The notes beneath the pieces are model-generated. The model did not search any database. It had not been told where the DNA came from and was given only the letters and a program-made list of their open reading frames with translations. Made by a program: the position numbers and the translations under genes. Shown one piece after another: positions 1 to 14,557 of a DNA stretch of 64,000 bases (the first letter of the stretch is position 1; the number at the start of each line of letters is the position of its first letter). Origin of the DNA: Octopus sinensis. Taxonomy: Eukaryota. The stretch lies in contig NC_043002.1 of NCBI RefSeq assembly GCF_006345805.1, positions 111,476,001 to 111,540,000 of the forward strand. The letters are read 5' to 3'.

Positions 1-2854
1 GACAAACTGAATGGCAAAGAACATCGGTAAAGGGGTGGCACTTACAGAGGAAGGTTTTCAAGTTTTTGCTGATAATAAACTTAATTTTGCATGTTACATA
101 AAAATTTACGGGAGTTTACAATGAACTCAATTCCTTCAGTGAATTGTACAAAAAACTGAGACGCCATAAACATCATACAATTTTGCATAAGTTTTTCACC
201 CACCAAGTAAGCTGTTGATGAACTATTAGAAGATTGTGTCCCTCATCCTCCCACCATCCTTCATAGAGTAGTCAACATCTTTTGTGGTAAGAACTTACCT
301 TTTACGATATTATGATTCTTATATATTATATTCCCTGACGTATTTCTCATTTTTTAAAATATATTTATTACATGTACTGTGTTTAAAAATTATTTTCCTA
401 CATAAAAGTGGTCGTGTTGTTTTTTTTTTGCTGTCATTTTGAAAATCAATGGGAAAAATTGATTTTGCATTACAAGTTTGAGGAACGCATTGCTGCCGTA
501 ACACGGGGCATTCATTTATTTAGACATTTATCATCACTTAAATTACAAAGATTTATCAAATTATTAATCTCCTACATATGTATATATATGTAGCGAATAA
601 TAAACATAGATGTATATATATATATAGTTACATCTATGTGCACATTATGTGGGTGTGTGTGCGTACACATACACCTATGTGACACTTAAATACGCAATAC
701 AATATTTGGATGAGTATTTGCGTGTGTATATGAATTTGCTGGTTATATGTAAGATCAGTATAAACTATCCAGACCATTTCTGAGCACCATTCCTTACAGT
801 AGTAGTAGTAATAATACTTGGAACGAAATTCTTAAAGCAAATAAAAACCCGCAGCGGACAGATGTAGGTATTCAATGCCACGAGGAAAATTGAAAATTAG
901 CTTATCAAAGATCCAATTTACCTTACTTTATAGAATAGATTATATTTAAACAGTGCTGCAGGATCATTAAGTGATATTTGAAAACCAAATCAAAATTTAT
1001 AATTAAAGCATGTGAGGAATGGTCATTGCAAGTAATAATTTTTTTCAAGAAGATGGAATCAAGTTACTCAATGGTAAGAATTCGTTAATTAAGGCCTACA
1101 TATGAAGACAGATAGAATTATGTCACTTTAAATAGGTAGAACTTTTAAGCATACTTTGGATATACGTACTTAAGCAATTTATGACAATTATTTCGATAGA
1201 TTATATATATATATATACCAATTAAGGACTGAACACGAAAAGTGGACAGTCAACATGCTAGATATAGACGTCAAATCGCCATTCTCCACAAAGATTATGT
1301 TCTCAAATCAAACTCAGCATTTTATATATATATATATATATATATCAACAATATAAGGAATGGCCCTAATAGGCCATTCGACTCACTAGAAAGAGCAGCC
1401 AAACTCAAATCGCTAAATAGTTGTAATTCTGAAATTGAAAGAGAAATAAAAAACATTTACCCTTTTCATCTCTGTATGTATATGTATATATATAATACGT
1501 ATATATTATATGTATGTGTATTTGGGTACTAGTATCGTGTATTTGTATCTCGGAATGCAGATATCTATATATATATGTATGAATAGCAATTAACGAAAGA
1601 AGAAGTATTCTGATAAGGAAACGAAACAGATAATAAAATTATTAGTAAATTTTGATTTAGTTGGTTAAATTTAAATTAAAATATTATATAAATATGTATT
1701 TATTAAATATATATTTACCGGCTTTGTTAAAGACAGCAAAGACAGAGAATAAAAGCTGCGACCGGTTCCACGTTTCTGTCAAATCAATTGCAACGAGTTT
1801 CAAGACACGCAACTCTTCAGGGAAAAGAACAAAGGGAGGAAAAAAAAATATTTAAATTAAGTACAATATTTAATAAACAATGACGTTTCAAATATTTATT
1901 AAATATTATTAAATATTCCTTTTTTGCAAAGAAAAAAAAATCAGCTTTGAAATAAAATAAAATAAAATAAATTGTATTTGCAAAAAAAGTTCTTTGTAAA
2001 CGACGTAAGCGACTTATATATATATATAAATGGTGAAAGTAATATACGTTTTTGGTTTATTAAGTTTTTATAAATTTTCTTGCGTTATATCGCACAAAGA
2101 CTTATGTACGAAATAAAACAAAGCAATATCTTCAAACATATGTGTATATATTTAAATTTTGCTCCCCGTTTTTGTCTTCCTTTGGCCCTGATGAATATCT
2201 AGATAATACATTATAGATTATTCTAATTACCCCTGCTAAGCGGCCTTGCTGTAGTTTCGAACATTCGCCAAATCCGGCCTCATTTTCCTCGATGCTATCA
2301 ATTTATCTCCATTCATTTGGTAAGTTCTTAACTGATTTACACTAAACAAATTCATGCATTGTCTTTAATAATTAATATACGAATATATATTTGATCCGCT
2401 GAGCCTGCAATTATGTTTAATGGGGCTCAATTTCCTCGATTAAATCCAACCCTAAACTGTCCTGGTACCCGCCTTTCACTTGACCATTGCTTAATAATGT
2501 CTGCTTCTTACCGCTCGCTTCGCTTCTCTCTTCTTTATAAATAAATAAATACATTTAGCGACGTTTATTTTTCTCTCATTCTTTAAAAACAAAGCCATTA
2601 AACCTAATCCATACCTAATCGGATAATCATTGCTATGTTTTGAAATGGCTTTTTTCAAATAATTCCTCTCCAAGAAACCGCTGAAAATTCTCAACTCCAG
2701 ACACAGAAAATGAAGTTTGCTACATTTCACTTACGAACCACAAGTATGGTGGATCGAATTTAGCAGTATGGCCTTCTTGCCACACACACACACACACTTA
2801 TTATTTTCTTCTCATTCTTTTTATAAAATCTGGACTACTTTTTAAAAATAAATT

Positions 2855-3274
2855 GGCAATCTTTCGATCTTTCGTTTCTAGTAGACCTTTCCGTCGATTT
2901 CCGTAAAAAAATTTTTTTTTTTACATATGGGCTTGCGGGAACTTTTGAAGTAAATGAGAGCGAAAGAGACTTAAGAGAAAGCGATTGTATGACGAGGGAA
3001 GTTCTTTTGAAGTTACCGTGCATGTGAAGCATTGATGTACATGTGTGTGTGTGTGTGTTTGATGGGGTGTGGGAGACAGACAGTATGTTGTGTAAGTGAA
3101 GAGACAGAGAGAGTAATGTGTGAAAGAAAGAGATAACTGAAATTTTTTACTCGGTGTATGTGTATATATATGTATGTATATTACTTCAAAAGTTCCCGCA
3201 AGCCCATATGTAAAAAAAAAAAAAAATTTTTACGGAAATCGACGGAAAGGTCTACCAGAGACGAAAGATCGCCC
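2855..3274. mobile_element. MITE with about 90-bp terminal inverted repeats
   Basis: 2865-2953 is the near-perfect reverse complement of 3181-3271; non-coding interior; no clear TSD. Confidence 0.75.
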
Positions 3275-3710
3275 TTTTTTTAAAAAAATAGATTCACAAA
3301 TGGAGGTGCCCCAGCATGGCCACAGCTCAAGAGCTGAAACTGGAAAATCAAAACATGAATTACAGATGCTATTATTATTTTTATTATTATTCATTGCAAC
3401 TTACTTTTATTTCTCTTTACTCTCTGATAAGGATTTTCAAAGTTTCCAATAGATTATTGTGATGTTCAAAAACACTCAAATCCAATGGCATCTGATCACC
3501 TTTAATAAAGATTAGTAGCAGTTAATATTGTTTGTCGTTGTTAATGTTTATTGGATTTTAATTTAATAAGAGAATTGGAGGGAAAGCAAACTGATGTGTA
3601 TTATCACCAATAATAGTGATCATGTTGACATGGCTTAGATGACCCCAGGATATCATCAGTAAGTCGAGGTTCGGAATTCACTGTTCTCTTTCTCTTATCT
3701 ATCTACTGTT

Positions 3711-4107
3711 ATATATATATCTATATCTATATATCTATATATATATATAATATATCTATATATATTATATATCATATATATATCTAATATATATATATCT
3801 ATATAATCTATCTATATATATATCTATATATATATATATTACTATCTATATATATATCTATATATATATATATATCTATCTATATATATATCTATATATT
3901 ATATATATCTATCTATATATATATCTATATATATTATATCTATCTATATATATATCTATCTATATATATATCTAATCTATATATATATCTATATATCTAT
4001 ATATATCTATATATATATATATATCTATATATAATATATATCTATATATATATATTATCTATATATATATATATAATCTATATATATATTATATATATCT
4101 ATCTAAT

Positions 4108-4160
<53 letters not shown>

Positions 4161-5212
4161 TATATATATATATATATATAATCTATATATATATAATATA
4201 TTCTATATATATATATATTATATATATATAATATATTATATATATATATATATATATCTATATATATAATATATAATATATCTATCTATATCTATATATA
4301 TATCTATCTATCTATATCTATATATATATATATATATATATATCTATCTATCTATATCTATATATATTATATATATATATCTATCTATCTATATCTATAT
4401 ATATATAATATATATATATCTCTCTATCTATATCTATATATAATATATATATATATATATATATCTATCTATCTATATATTATATATATATATAATATAT
4501 ATATCTATCTATCTATATCTATTATATATATATATATATATATCTATATATCTATATCTATATATATATATATATATATATCTATCTATCTATATCTATA
4601 TATATATATATATAATATAATCTATCTATATCTATATATATATATATATATATATCTATCTATATCTATATATAATATATATATATCTATCTAATATATA
4701 TATATATATATATATATATTATCTATCTATATAATATATATATATATCTATTATATATATCTATATATATATATATATTCTATATATATATCTATATATA
4801 TAGTATATATATCTATATATAATATATATATATATATATATATCTCTATATATCTATATCTATATATATATATATATATATATCTATATCTATATATATA
4901 TATATATATATATCTATCTATATCTATATATATATATATATCTTATCTATATCTATATATATATATATATCTATCTTATATATATCTATATATATATATA
5001 TCTATTATATATATCTATCTATATATATATATATCTATCTATCTATATATATATCTATATATATATATCTATATTATATATATCTATATATATATATATA
5101 TATATATATATTATCTATATATATATATATATCTATATATATATATATCTATATATATATTATATATATATATATAATATATATATCTATATATATATAT
5201 ATTATATATATC

Positions 5213-5258
<46 letters not shown>

Positions 5259-5578
5259 ATATAATATATATATATATATATCTATTATATATTATATATA
5301 TATATATATATTATATATATATATATATCTATATATATATATAATATATATATATCTATATATATATATACTATATATATCTAATATATATATATATAAT
5401 ATATCTATATATATATATATATATATCTATATATATTATATATATCTATATATATATATATATATATATCTATATATATATATAATATATATATATCTAT
5501 ATCTATATATATATATATATATATCTATATATATATATATATATATATATCTATATATCTATATATATATATATAATC

Positions 5579-5609
<31 letters not shown>

Positions 5610-5806
5610 CTATATATATATATATTATATATATCTATATATATATATTATATATATATCTATATATATAATATATATAATATCTATATCTATATATATA
5701 TAATATATATATATATCTATATATATATATTCTATATATATATCTATATATATATAATTATATATATATATATCTATATATTATATATAATATATATATC
5801 TATCTA

Positions 5807-5838
<32 letters not shown>

Positions 5839-5882
5839 CTTATATATATATATATCTATATCTATATATATATATATATATA

Positions 5883-5917
<35 letters not shown>

Positions 5918-6314
5918 ATATATCTATATAATATATATATATATCTATATATATATATATATATATCATATCTATATCTATATATATATCTATCTATCTA
6001 TATCTATATATATATATATATATATATATCTATCTATACTATATCTATATATATATATCTTATATATATATATCTCTCTATCTATATATATATAGAATAT
6101 ATATATATCTATCTATCTATATCTATATATATATAATATATATATATATATTATCTATCTATCTATATCTATATATATATAGATATATATATCTATATAT
6201 CTATATCTATATATATATATATATATATATCTATCTATCTATATCTATATATATATATATATATAGATCTATCTATCTATATCTATATATATATATATAT
6301 ATATATTATCTATA

Positions 6315-6347
<33 letters not shown>

Positions 6348-6890
6348 ATCTATACTATATATATATATATATATATCTATCTATACTATATATATATATA
6401 TATATCTATCTATATATATATATATATATATCTATATATATATCTATATATATATATATTATCTATATATATATTATATATATATATATAATATATTATA
6501 TATATATCTATAATATATATATATATATCTATATATATATCTATATAGATATATATATATCTATATAGATATATATATATATATTATATATATCTATCTA
6601 TATCTATAATATATATATATCTATCTATATCTATATATATATATATATCTATCTATATATATATCATATATATATATATCTATTATATATATATCTATCT
6701 ATATTATCTATCTATCTATCTATATATATATCTATATATATATATCTATATATATATATCTATATATATATTATACTATATATATATATATCTATATAAT
6801 ATATATATCTATATATATATATATCTATATATAGATATATATCTTATATATATATATATCTTATATATATATATATCTATATATATATAG

Positions 6891-6922
<32 letters not shown>

Positions 6923-6960
6923 GATATATATCTATATATATATATCTAATCTATATATAT

Positions 6961-7006
<46 letters not shown>

Positions 7007-7016
7007 CTATATCTAT

Positions 7017-7047
<31 letters not shown>

Positions 7048-7155
7048 TATATATCTATATATATATATATATATATATATTAATATATATATATATATAT
7101 ATATAATATATATAATATATATATATATATATTATCTATATATATATATCATATA

Positions 7156-7188
<33 letters not shown>

Positions 7189-7331
7189 AATATATATATA
7201 TATATATTATTATATATATATATATAATATCTATATTATATATCTATATATATATCTATATAGATATATATATATATATATATATATCTATATATATATA
7301 TATATATATATCTATATATATATATATTATA

Positions 7332-7371
<40 letters not shown>

Positions 7372-7642
7372 CTATATATATATATTATATATATATCTTA
7401 TATATATATATATATATATATTATCTTATATATATATATATATATATATCTATATCTATATATATATATCATATATATATATATATTATATATATCTATA
7501 TATATATAATCTATATATATATATATATATATATATAATTATATATATATATTATATATATCTATATAATATATATATATATCTATATATATATATATCA
7601 TATATATTATATCTATATATATATATATATCTATATATAATC

Positions 7643-7673
<31 letters not shown>

Positions 7674-8366
7674 ATATATATCTATATATATATATATCTA
7701 TTCTATATATTATATATATATATATCTCTATATATATATCTTATCTATATATATATATATATCATATATATATATATCTATATATATATCTATATATATA
7801 TATCTATATATATAATATATATATCTATATATATATTATATATATATATATTATATATATATATATATATATATCTATATATACTATATATATATATATC
7901 TATATAGATATATATATATATATTATATCTATATATATATATATTATATATATCTATATATTCTATATATATTAATATATATCTATATATATTATATATA
8001 TCTATATATATATATATATATATATTCTATATATATCTATATATATATATCTATATCTATATATCTATATATCTATATATAATATCTATCTATATATATA
8101 TATTATATCTATATATATATATATATATCTCTATATATCTATATATATATTATATATATATATATCTATATATATATATTATCTTATATATAATCTTATA
8201 TATATATATATATATATATATCTATATAGATATATATATATATCTATCTCTATATATATCTATATATATATATATCTATCTATATATATATATATATATA
8301 TATCTATATATATATATATCTATCTATATATCTATCTATATCTATATATATAATATATATATATAT

Positions 8367-8401
<35 letters not shown>

Positions 8402-8428
8402 ATATATATATCTAGATATATATCTATC

Positions 8429-8466
<38 letters not shown>

Positions 8467-9074
8467 CTATCTATATATATATATATATAATTATATATAT
8501 ATATATCTATCTAATCTATATATATATATTATAATCTATATATATCTATCTATATTATATATATATATATATATATATCTATACTATATATATCTATCTA
8601 TATATATTATTATATATATATCTATATATATCTATCTATATATATATATCTATATATATATATCTATATATCTATCTATCTATATATATATATATATATA
8701 TCTATCTATATATATCTATCTATATATATATATATATATATCTATCTATATTCTATCTATATATATATATATATCTATCTATATATCTATCTATATATAT
8801 ATATATATAGATCTATCTATATAATATATATATCTATCTATATATATCTATCTATCTATATATAATCTATCTATATATATATATATATATATCTATCTAT
8901 ATCTATCTATCTATATATTATATATCTATCTATATATATCTAATCTATATATATATATATATATATATCTATCTATATATATATATATATATATCTATCT
9001 ATATTATCTATCTATATATATATATATCTATATCTATCTATATCTATTATATATATTATATTATATATATATAT
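3711..9074. repeat. 5.4-kb (TA)n/(TATC)n simple-repeat array
   Basis: Almost only T, A and C on the + strand. Confidence 0.97.
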
Positions 9075-9170
9075 CATTAATTAATCAATATCAGGGTAGC
9101 AAGAAATTCAAGAGAAATTTTTCGCCACCAGCGGTCCAGTGAGAAAGAAAAAATAGTCAACAGACTATAT

Positions 9171-9419
9171 AATGTACATTCAACAATAATATTAAGGAAT
9201 GGCCCTTGATAGGCCATTCGACCCACTAGAAAGAGCAGCTAAACTCAAACCGCTAAATAGTTGTAATTCAGAAACCAAAGGTAAATAAAAACATTTACCC
9301 TTATCATCTTTCCTTTGGTTTCTGAATTACAAACTATTTAGCGGTTTGAGTTTAGCTGCTCTTTCTAGTGGGTCGAATGGCATATGAAGGCCATTCCTTA
9401 ATATTGTTGAATGTATATT
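9171..9419. repeat. Long inverted repeat (arms about 110 bp, 30-nt spacer)
   Basis: 9171-9281 vs reverse complement of 9312-9419; the left arm plus spacer is paralogous to 1345-1471. Confidence 0.9.
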
Positions 9420-9662
9420 CTTTTATTCTTTTACTTGTTTCAGTCATTTGACTGAGGCCGTGCTGGAGCACCGCCTTTAGTCGAGCAAATCGACTCCGGG
9501 ACTTATTCTTTTGTAAGCCCAGTACTTATTCTATCGGTCTTTTTGCCGAACCGCTATATGATGAGAGAGTGAAAGAAGAAAAATAGCCAAAAGGAATAAC
9601 TATAAGCTTTTTTTTGTCCGTTACCTGTCTAATGTTCTTGGGAAAGGAATGAACACTGTGCG

Positions 9663-10021
9663 GCCGTTACGTTGTGAGTTCAAATTCCGCCGAGGTCGAC
9701 TTTGCCTTTCATCCTTTCGGGGGGTCGATAAATTAAGTACTAGTTACGTACTGGGGTCGATGTAATCGACTTAATACCTATGTCTGTCCTCGTTTGTCTC
9801 CTCTGTGTTTAGCCCCTTGTGGGTAATAAAGAAATAGGTATTTCGTCTGCCGTTACGTCCTGAGTTCAAATTCCGCCGAGGTCGACTTTGCCTTTCATCC
9901 TTTCGGGGGTCGATAAATTAAGTACCAGTTACGCACTGGGGGTCGATGTAATCGACTTAAACCTATGTCTGTCCTTGTTTGTCCCCTCTGTATTCAGCCC
10001 CTTGTGGGTAATAAAGAAATA
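9663..10021 (+). mobile_element. SINE-B (tRNA head, Nin/Deu-like core), two joined 5'-truncated monomers
   Basis: B-box gagttcaaattcc, core gccgaggtcgactttgcctttcatcc, tail aataaagaaata twice. Confidence 0.85.
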
Positions 10022-10471
10022 GGTATCATATTCTTCCCCGTGTTTACACGAGAGAAACAAAAGCTTATTTCAGTCACACTTGTTGTTATTGTGTTGTTAT
10101 TACATTTGTTATTGGTTCATTATGGGAAAGTGCTGTGGAAATGGCGCAGGCAGTTGAGAGCTGACTTCGATATTGATATATATTGTCCAGTACTGTTGTA
10201 CTTCCACTGTTCCTGTGTTCAAATCCTGCTGAGGTTATCTCATCGGATTCGGTAGCTATAATCAATTATTGTCTTTTCAAACCACTACGCATCGTTCTGT
10301 AGAAAGGAATCGGCTTCCTGTCTGGTCAAAAGTGATTAGTGCAATAATTGCTATCGCAGTTTCACCATATCGTTAGTTGTTGCCTTCGAATTTCTTTGTT
10401 TCTAGTTTTCTTTATGTTTTAATAACTTATGAATGCTACATCACTCCAACATATTTACAGCACATACACAT

Positions 10472-10618
10472 TATCTATCTATCTCCCTATCTATCTATCT
10501 ATCTCCCTATCTATCTATCTATCTATCTATCTCCCTATCTATCTATCTATCTATCTCCCTATCTATCTATCTATCTATCTATCTATCTCCCTCCCTATCT
10601 ATCTATCTATCTATCTCC

Positions 10619-10672
<54 letters not shown>

Positions 10673-10698
10673 CCTTACCTATCTATCTATCTCCCTAC

Positions 10699-10769
<71 letters not shown>

Positions 10770-10824
10770 CCGACCTACCTACCTATCTACCTACCTATCT
10801 ATCCTCTCTCTCTCTCTCTCTCTC
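10472..10824. repeat. (TATC)n microsatellite with CTCC variants, followed by (CT)n
   Basis: Direct reading. Confidence 0.95.
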
Positions 10825-13157
10825 ACTCATACCTTTCCAGATTCACTCGAAACTTATCTAATATCTTTTACACATCCCTCATTTTCGCTCACGCATTTAG
10901 TTCAAACTCTTTCCCATAAGCAAGTATACCTGCATCTAACTTGCAGACCATTTCTATACTTATTATTATGTAATATATTATTACTGGGTGCTTGTGAGAA
11001 CAAGGTTAGCTCACGGTTAATCGAGTCTACAAGCTAAGTTCACTCACTCCACCAAGTGGAGTGGTCTCTTCTCGTCTTCGCCAAAAGTGAACACTTCTCT
11101 CTCTTTTCTTCCTCGACAGTCACCAGAGCTAATCAATTATCTATTGATGGATAACCTCTGATCACGAAAACGGCAAAAGTCATACAGTCCTATATTTATT
11201 ACAACAACAATGTGTGGTCCTTAATAAGCACTTATCTTTGTTAGGTCGGCAATTCTCTGTTATTGGGGCTCCTAACTGGAAAAGTCCTTGGCAATATTGT
11301 TCCATTTACCTAAGAGCATTACATTATATCTTTACCATTATATCATTCTTTTCGCTTTCTTTCTCATTTTCATGTGTTGGGAATTTTCTAAAATATGAAC
11401 TCTGTGTCCAGATTTATTATTGATCAGCATTTCAATCGCAGTTTATTTACTTTAACTTCTCAGTTATCTGAGAGTATTTGGATTGTGTGAAGGCTAATGT
11501 TGTTTAACCCTAGGTTAGCCTAGTCTGACAGATATGATCTACTAAGGTGTTCCAATTGTGACCGTTACTGTCTTGCTTTTAAGTGTTGTACGTCTAGGAT
11601 TGTATTAACCACATATTATTATGATTTTCTTTTTAAAGATGGTAGGGTGTGTGATTTGACTATTTGGCTGCTATTTCTTGCTGAAGCATGAAGTTCTGAT
11701 GAATTTCATATCTTTTTCATATACTACAAATATCAAAACTGAGTATTGTCTTGAGCTTACCTCTTACTCTTCGCATCTCGATTCTACTTCGTAAGAAATA
11801 TTGGTTTACAAAAATACTCCTTTATTGTGGAAAATGGTCGGGTATCTGATTAAATACTTTAAAGCAGTTTATCTTGTCAACTTTACCCCGCCAAGGTAAA
11901 GTTTCCATTTCATTTGTTCTTTGAGTAGCGACGAAGTAATAATACATCCGGCTGAATGTAATTTCATAACTACGCCTTAACAAATTGGCCATGTACAAAA
12001 TCCAAAGAAATCAATTTTGATGATTTAGTGTTGCAGTTTTAAGCCCTAGGTCAAACCTAACCGACCACTTCCAGTCATAACCATCCCAGCCAATCCATCA
12101 CGGGGGATTGTTGAGTAGTATTAATCCAACGTATACTTCCATTTTTAAAACAATAAGCACTCACACGAGGGAGATTTGCCTGCTATTTCTAGCAGGGCCA
12201 CTGTTGTTTCGATCTAGCGAAGGCAGTTTAAGAGCTTCTTATATTATTTTGTTTTTGTTCACTGTTCTGAGTTCGAATCCTTCTGAGGTTAACTTCACCC
12301 TCCCCACCTTCTCTCTCAAGATCTAGCCAAAAAACAACAACTTTGATTTGTAAATAAGTTCTTTATTTTCAGCCCCCCCCCAATTCCCTTTCTTTGTGTA
12401 GTTTGTTGACAGTGCAGCATTTTCTCACAAACTTCCAAATGGATAATTGAAGTTTTGCTTGTTGATGTTTTTTACAATATGATGCACGTCGGACTACATT
12501 ATTCATTCCAATGTGTCCTGACCTTCCTTTCTTTTAAATGATACGAACCACTTCTGAAGAAACTCTGGAAAGCACTGAACCATTCTAGCTTCTTGGGGAA
12601 AGTAATCTGATTACTTACTGAAAGAGACAGACCTATCTGGTATTTTTCTTGTAAATCTAAAAATGTTTGACACCGGTCCACCCTATCATAATTATTTACT
12701 TGTCGATTGGTGGTAAACGAGGCACTACTACTAGAAACTTAGCGTGGAATTTCCTTGGTAGGAGTGAAGGACGGTGATACTGCTTCCGCCTACCATTAAA
12801 CATTTATTTGGCGCTACGACTACTTTCATTAATAGTTGTTATAGTTTGAAATGGACAAATTTCTTAGCACAAACCAAAAGCATTTTTTAAAAAATGTTCT
12901 CGAGAAGTTTAAATGGAAGGCGTGAAAATAATACGGGTTTATTTTTTAATATGTAAAAACTAAGTTATGAAAGTGGTTATTTCTTTCTTGTGTGACATTT
13001 TGCTGTTCGTCTTCCTCTTGTAAATTAGTGGGGTTAAAGGTAAATATACACGGTTTATTTATTTATGTATGTGTGTAGAAAATGTTCCATTGCTCCCTGG
13101 TATTTCAGCCAGGACCATCTGCACTGTTTTCAGACATTGTGCACTAGGGGCCACTGT

Positions 13158-13540
13158 GGAGGCGCAATGGCCCAGTGGTTAGGGCAGCGGACTCGCGGTC
13201 ATAGGATCGCGGTTTCGATTCCCTGACCGGGCGTTGTGAGTGTTTATTGAGCGAAAACACCTAAAAGCTCCACGAGGCTCTGGCAGGGGATGGTGGTGAT
13301 CCCTGCTGTACTCTTTCACCACAACTTTCTCTCACTCTTACTTCCTGTTTCTGTTGTACCTGTATTTCAAGGGGCCGGCCTTGTCACTCTCTGTGTCACG
13401 CTGAATATCTCCGAGAACTACGTTAAGGGTACACGTGTCTGTGGAGTGCTCAGCCACTTACACGTTAATTTCGCGAGCAGGCTGTTCCGTTGATCGGATC
13501 AACCGGAACCCTCGTCGTCGTAACCGACGGAGTGCTTCCA
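13158..13540 (+). mobile_element. SINE-C, full length (tRNA-derived head)
   Basis: A/B-box-like head ggcgcaatggcccagtggttagg...ggtttcgattcc; TSD cactaggggccac at 13142-13154 and 13547-13559. Confidence 0.9.
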
Positions 13541-14102
13541 TATATACACTAGGGGCCACATTATCCGATGTGTCTTTTTTTTTATGTAGAATGGCTCTTG
13601 TAATGTAAGGCAACACGTTTATATGTGGACGTTTCATGCTTTTGCTATTTTTCTAGCTCCTCAAACGCGCGTACATGTTCTGTTTATTTTTATTGCCTTG
13701 CATTCTAATATTAGCTGGAGTATTCAGACACTTGAATACAATTGTTTACAACTATCAAATAGTCCTATGTATTTGTTGTGGTCCTTTTTGAATCATGTAG
13801 TTTCCGCTATTGGGACACTTAGCAGTTGTAGTTACTTTTATACCTTCGTCGGTATTCGGACATCTTTTCCGGATTTAGCGTCTTTTCATTTATTTATTTA
13901 TATAATTTTTAGGGGATGTATTGGTGAAAAATACTTCGTAATTGATAAGTAGCTAGTGAAGTCTTTCTTATGTTGTAGAAATATCACTATTCTGGTAGAA
14001 TAATAATTTTTCTTATATGTCTCACTCGAACTTTTGATTAAATATCTTTCCTTTTAGTTTAAGTTTTAGATTAGGCATGAAACAAGTAAATATATATGTG
14101 TA

Positions 14103-14159
<57 letters not shown>

Positions 14160-14189
14160 TAGCACTAGTAAAAATACTATATATATATA

Positions 14190-14553
14190 CTAGCACTATG
14201 ACCCGGCGTTGCCGGGTCATAGTGCTAGAGCATGCATATACAGCTGCGTGCGCGCGCACATACACGCGAGTACTGTGCAAATCTCTGAACAATCACATAC
14301 AGCTAGCTGGCATTCAATTGGCGTATCAAGTTTCGAGCATTTTGATTGGGTTTTGTATAGAAAATTCACAAAAAAGTCACTTCTATTGATTTTTTAATGG
14401 CTTTGCAGGGTGACTGGGGAAATGTAAAGGTGTGCACGGCCACCCTTGGACGGTTTTGAATGACCATAGAAAGTGCGAGCTCTCTAACTGAAAAATTGGG
14501 GATTTGTATAAAGGACACACATGCAGACATTTTGCCATTTATATATAGAGAGA
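14190..14553 (-). mobile_element. Non-autonomous Helitron (family F)
   Basis: 5'-TC...CTAG-3' on the minus strand, inserted between A and T; perfect 18-bp terminal hairpin 14190-14228. Confidence 0.8.
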
Positions 14554-14557
14554 TATA

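Noticed and set aside
1-298. Possible coding sequence at the window start
   Set aside because: Stops in all frames checked and no recognisable motif
10377-11037. ORFs of 142-202 aa (YLSI repeats)
   Set aside because: Translations of the (TATC)n microsatellite, open in all three + frames
13158-13235. Possible tRNA genes (also 27345, 53660 and SINE-A/B heads)
   Set aside because: A/B boxes are present but continue into a shared SINE body flanked by TSDs; no complete cloverleaf was evident
13290-13493. 67-aa ORF MVVIPAVLFHH... recurring at 27477, 31140 and 53790
   Set aside because: Incidental frame in the SINE-C body; recurrence reflects repeat copy number
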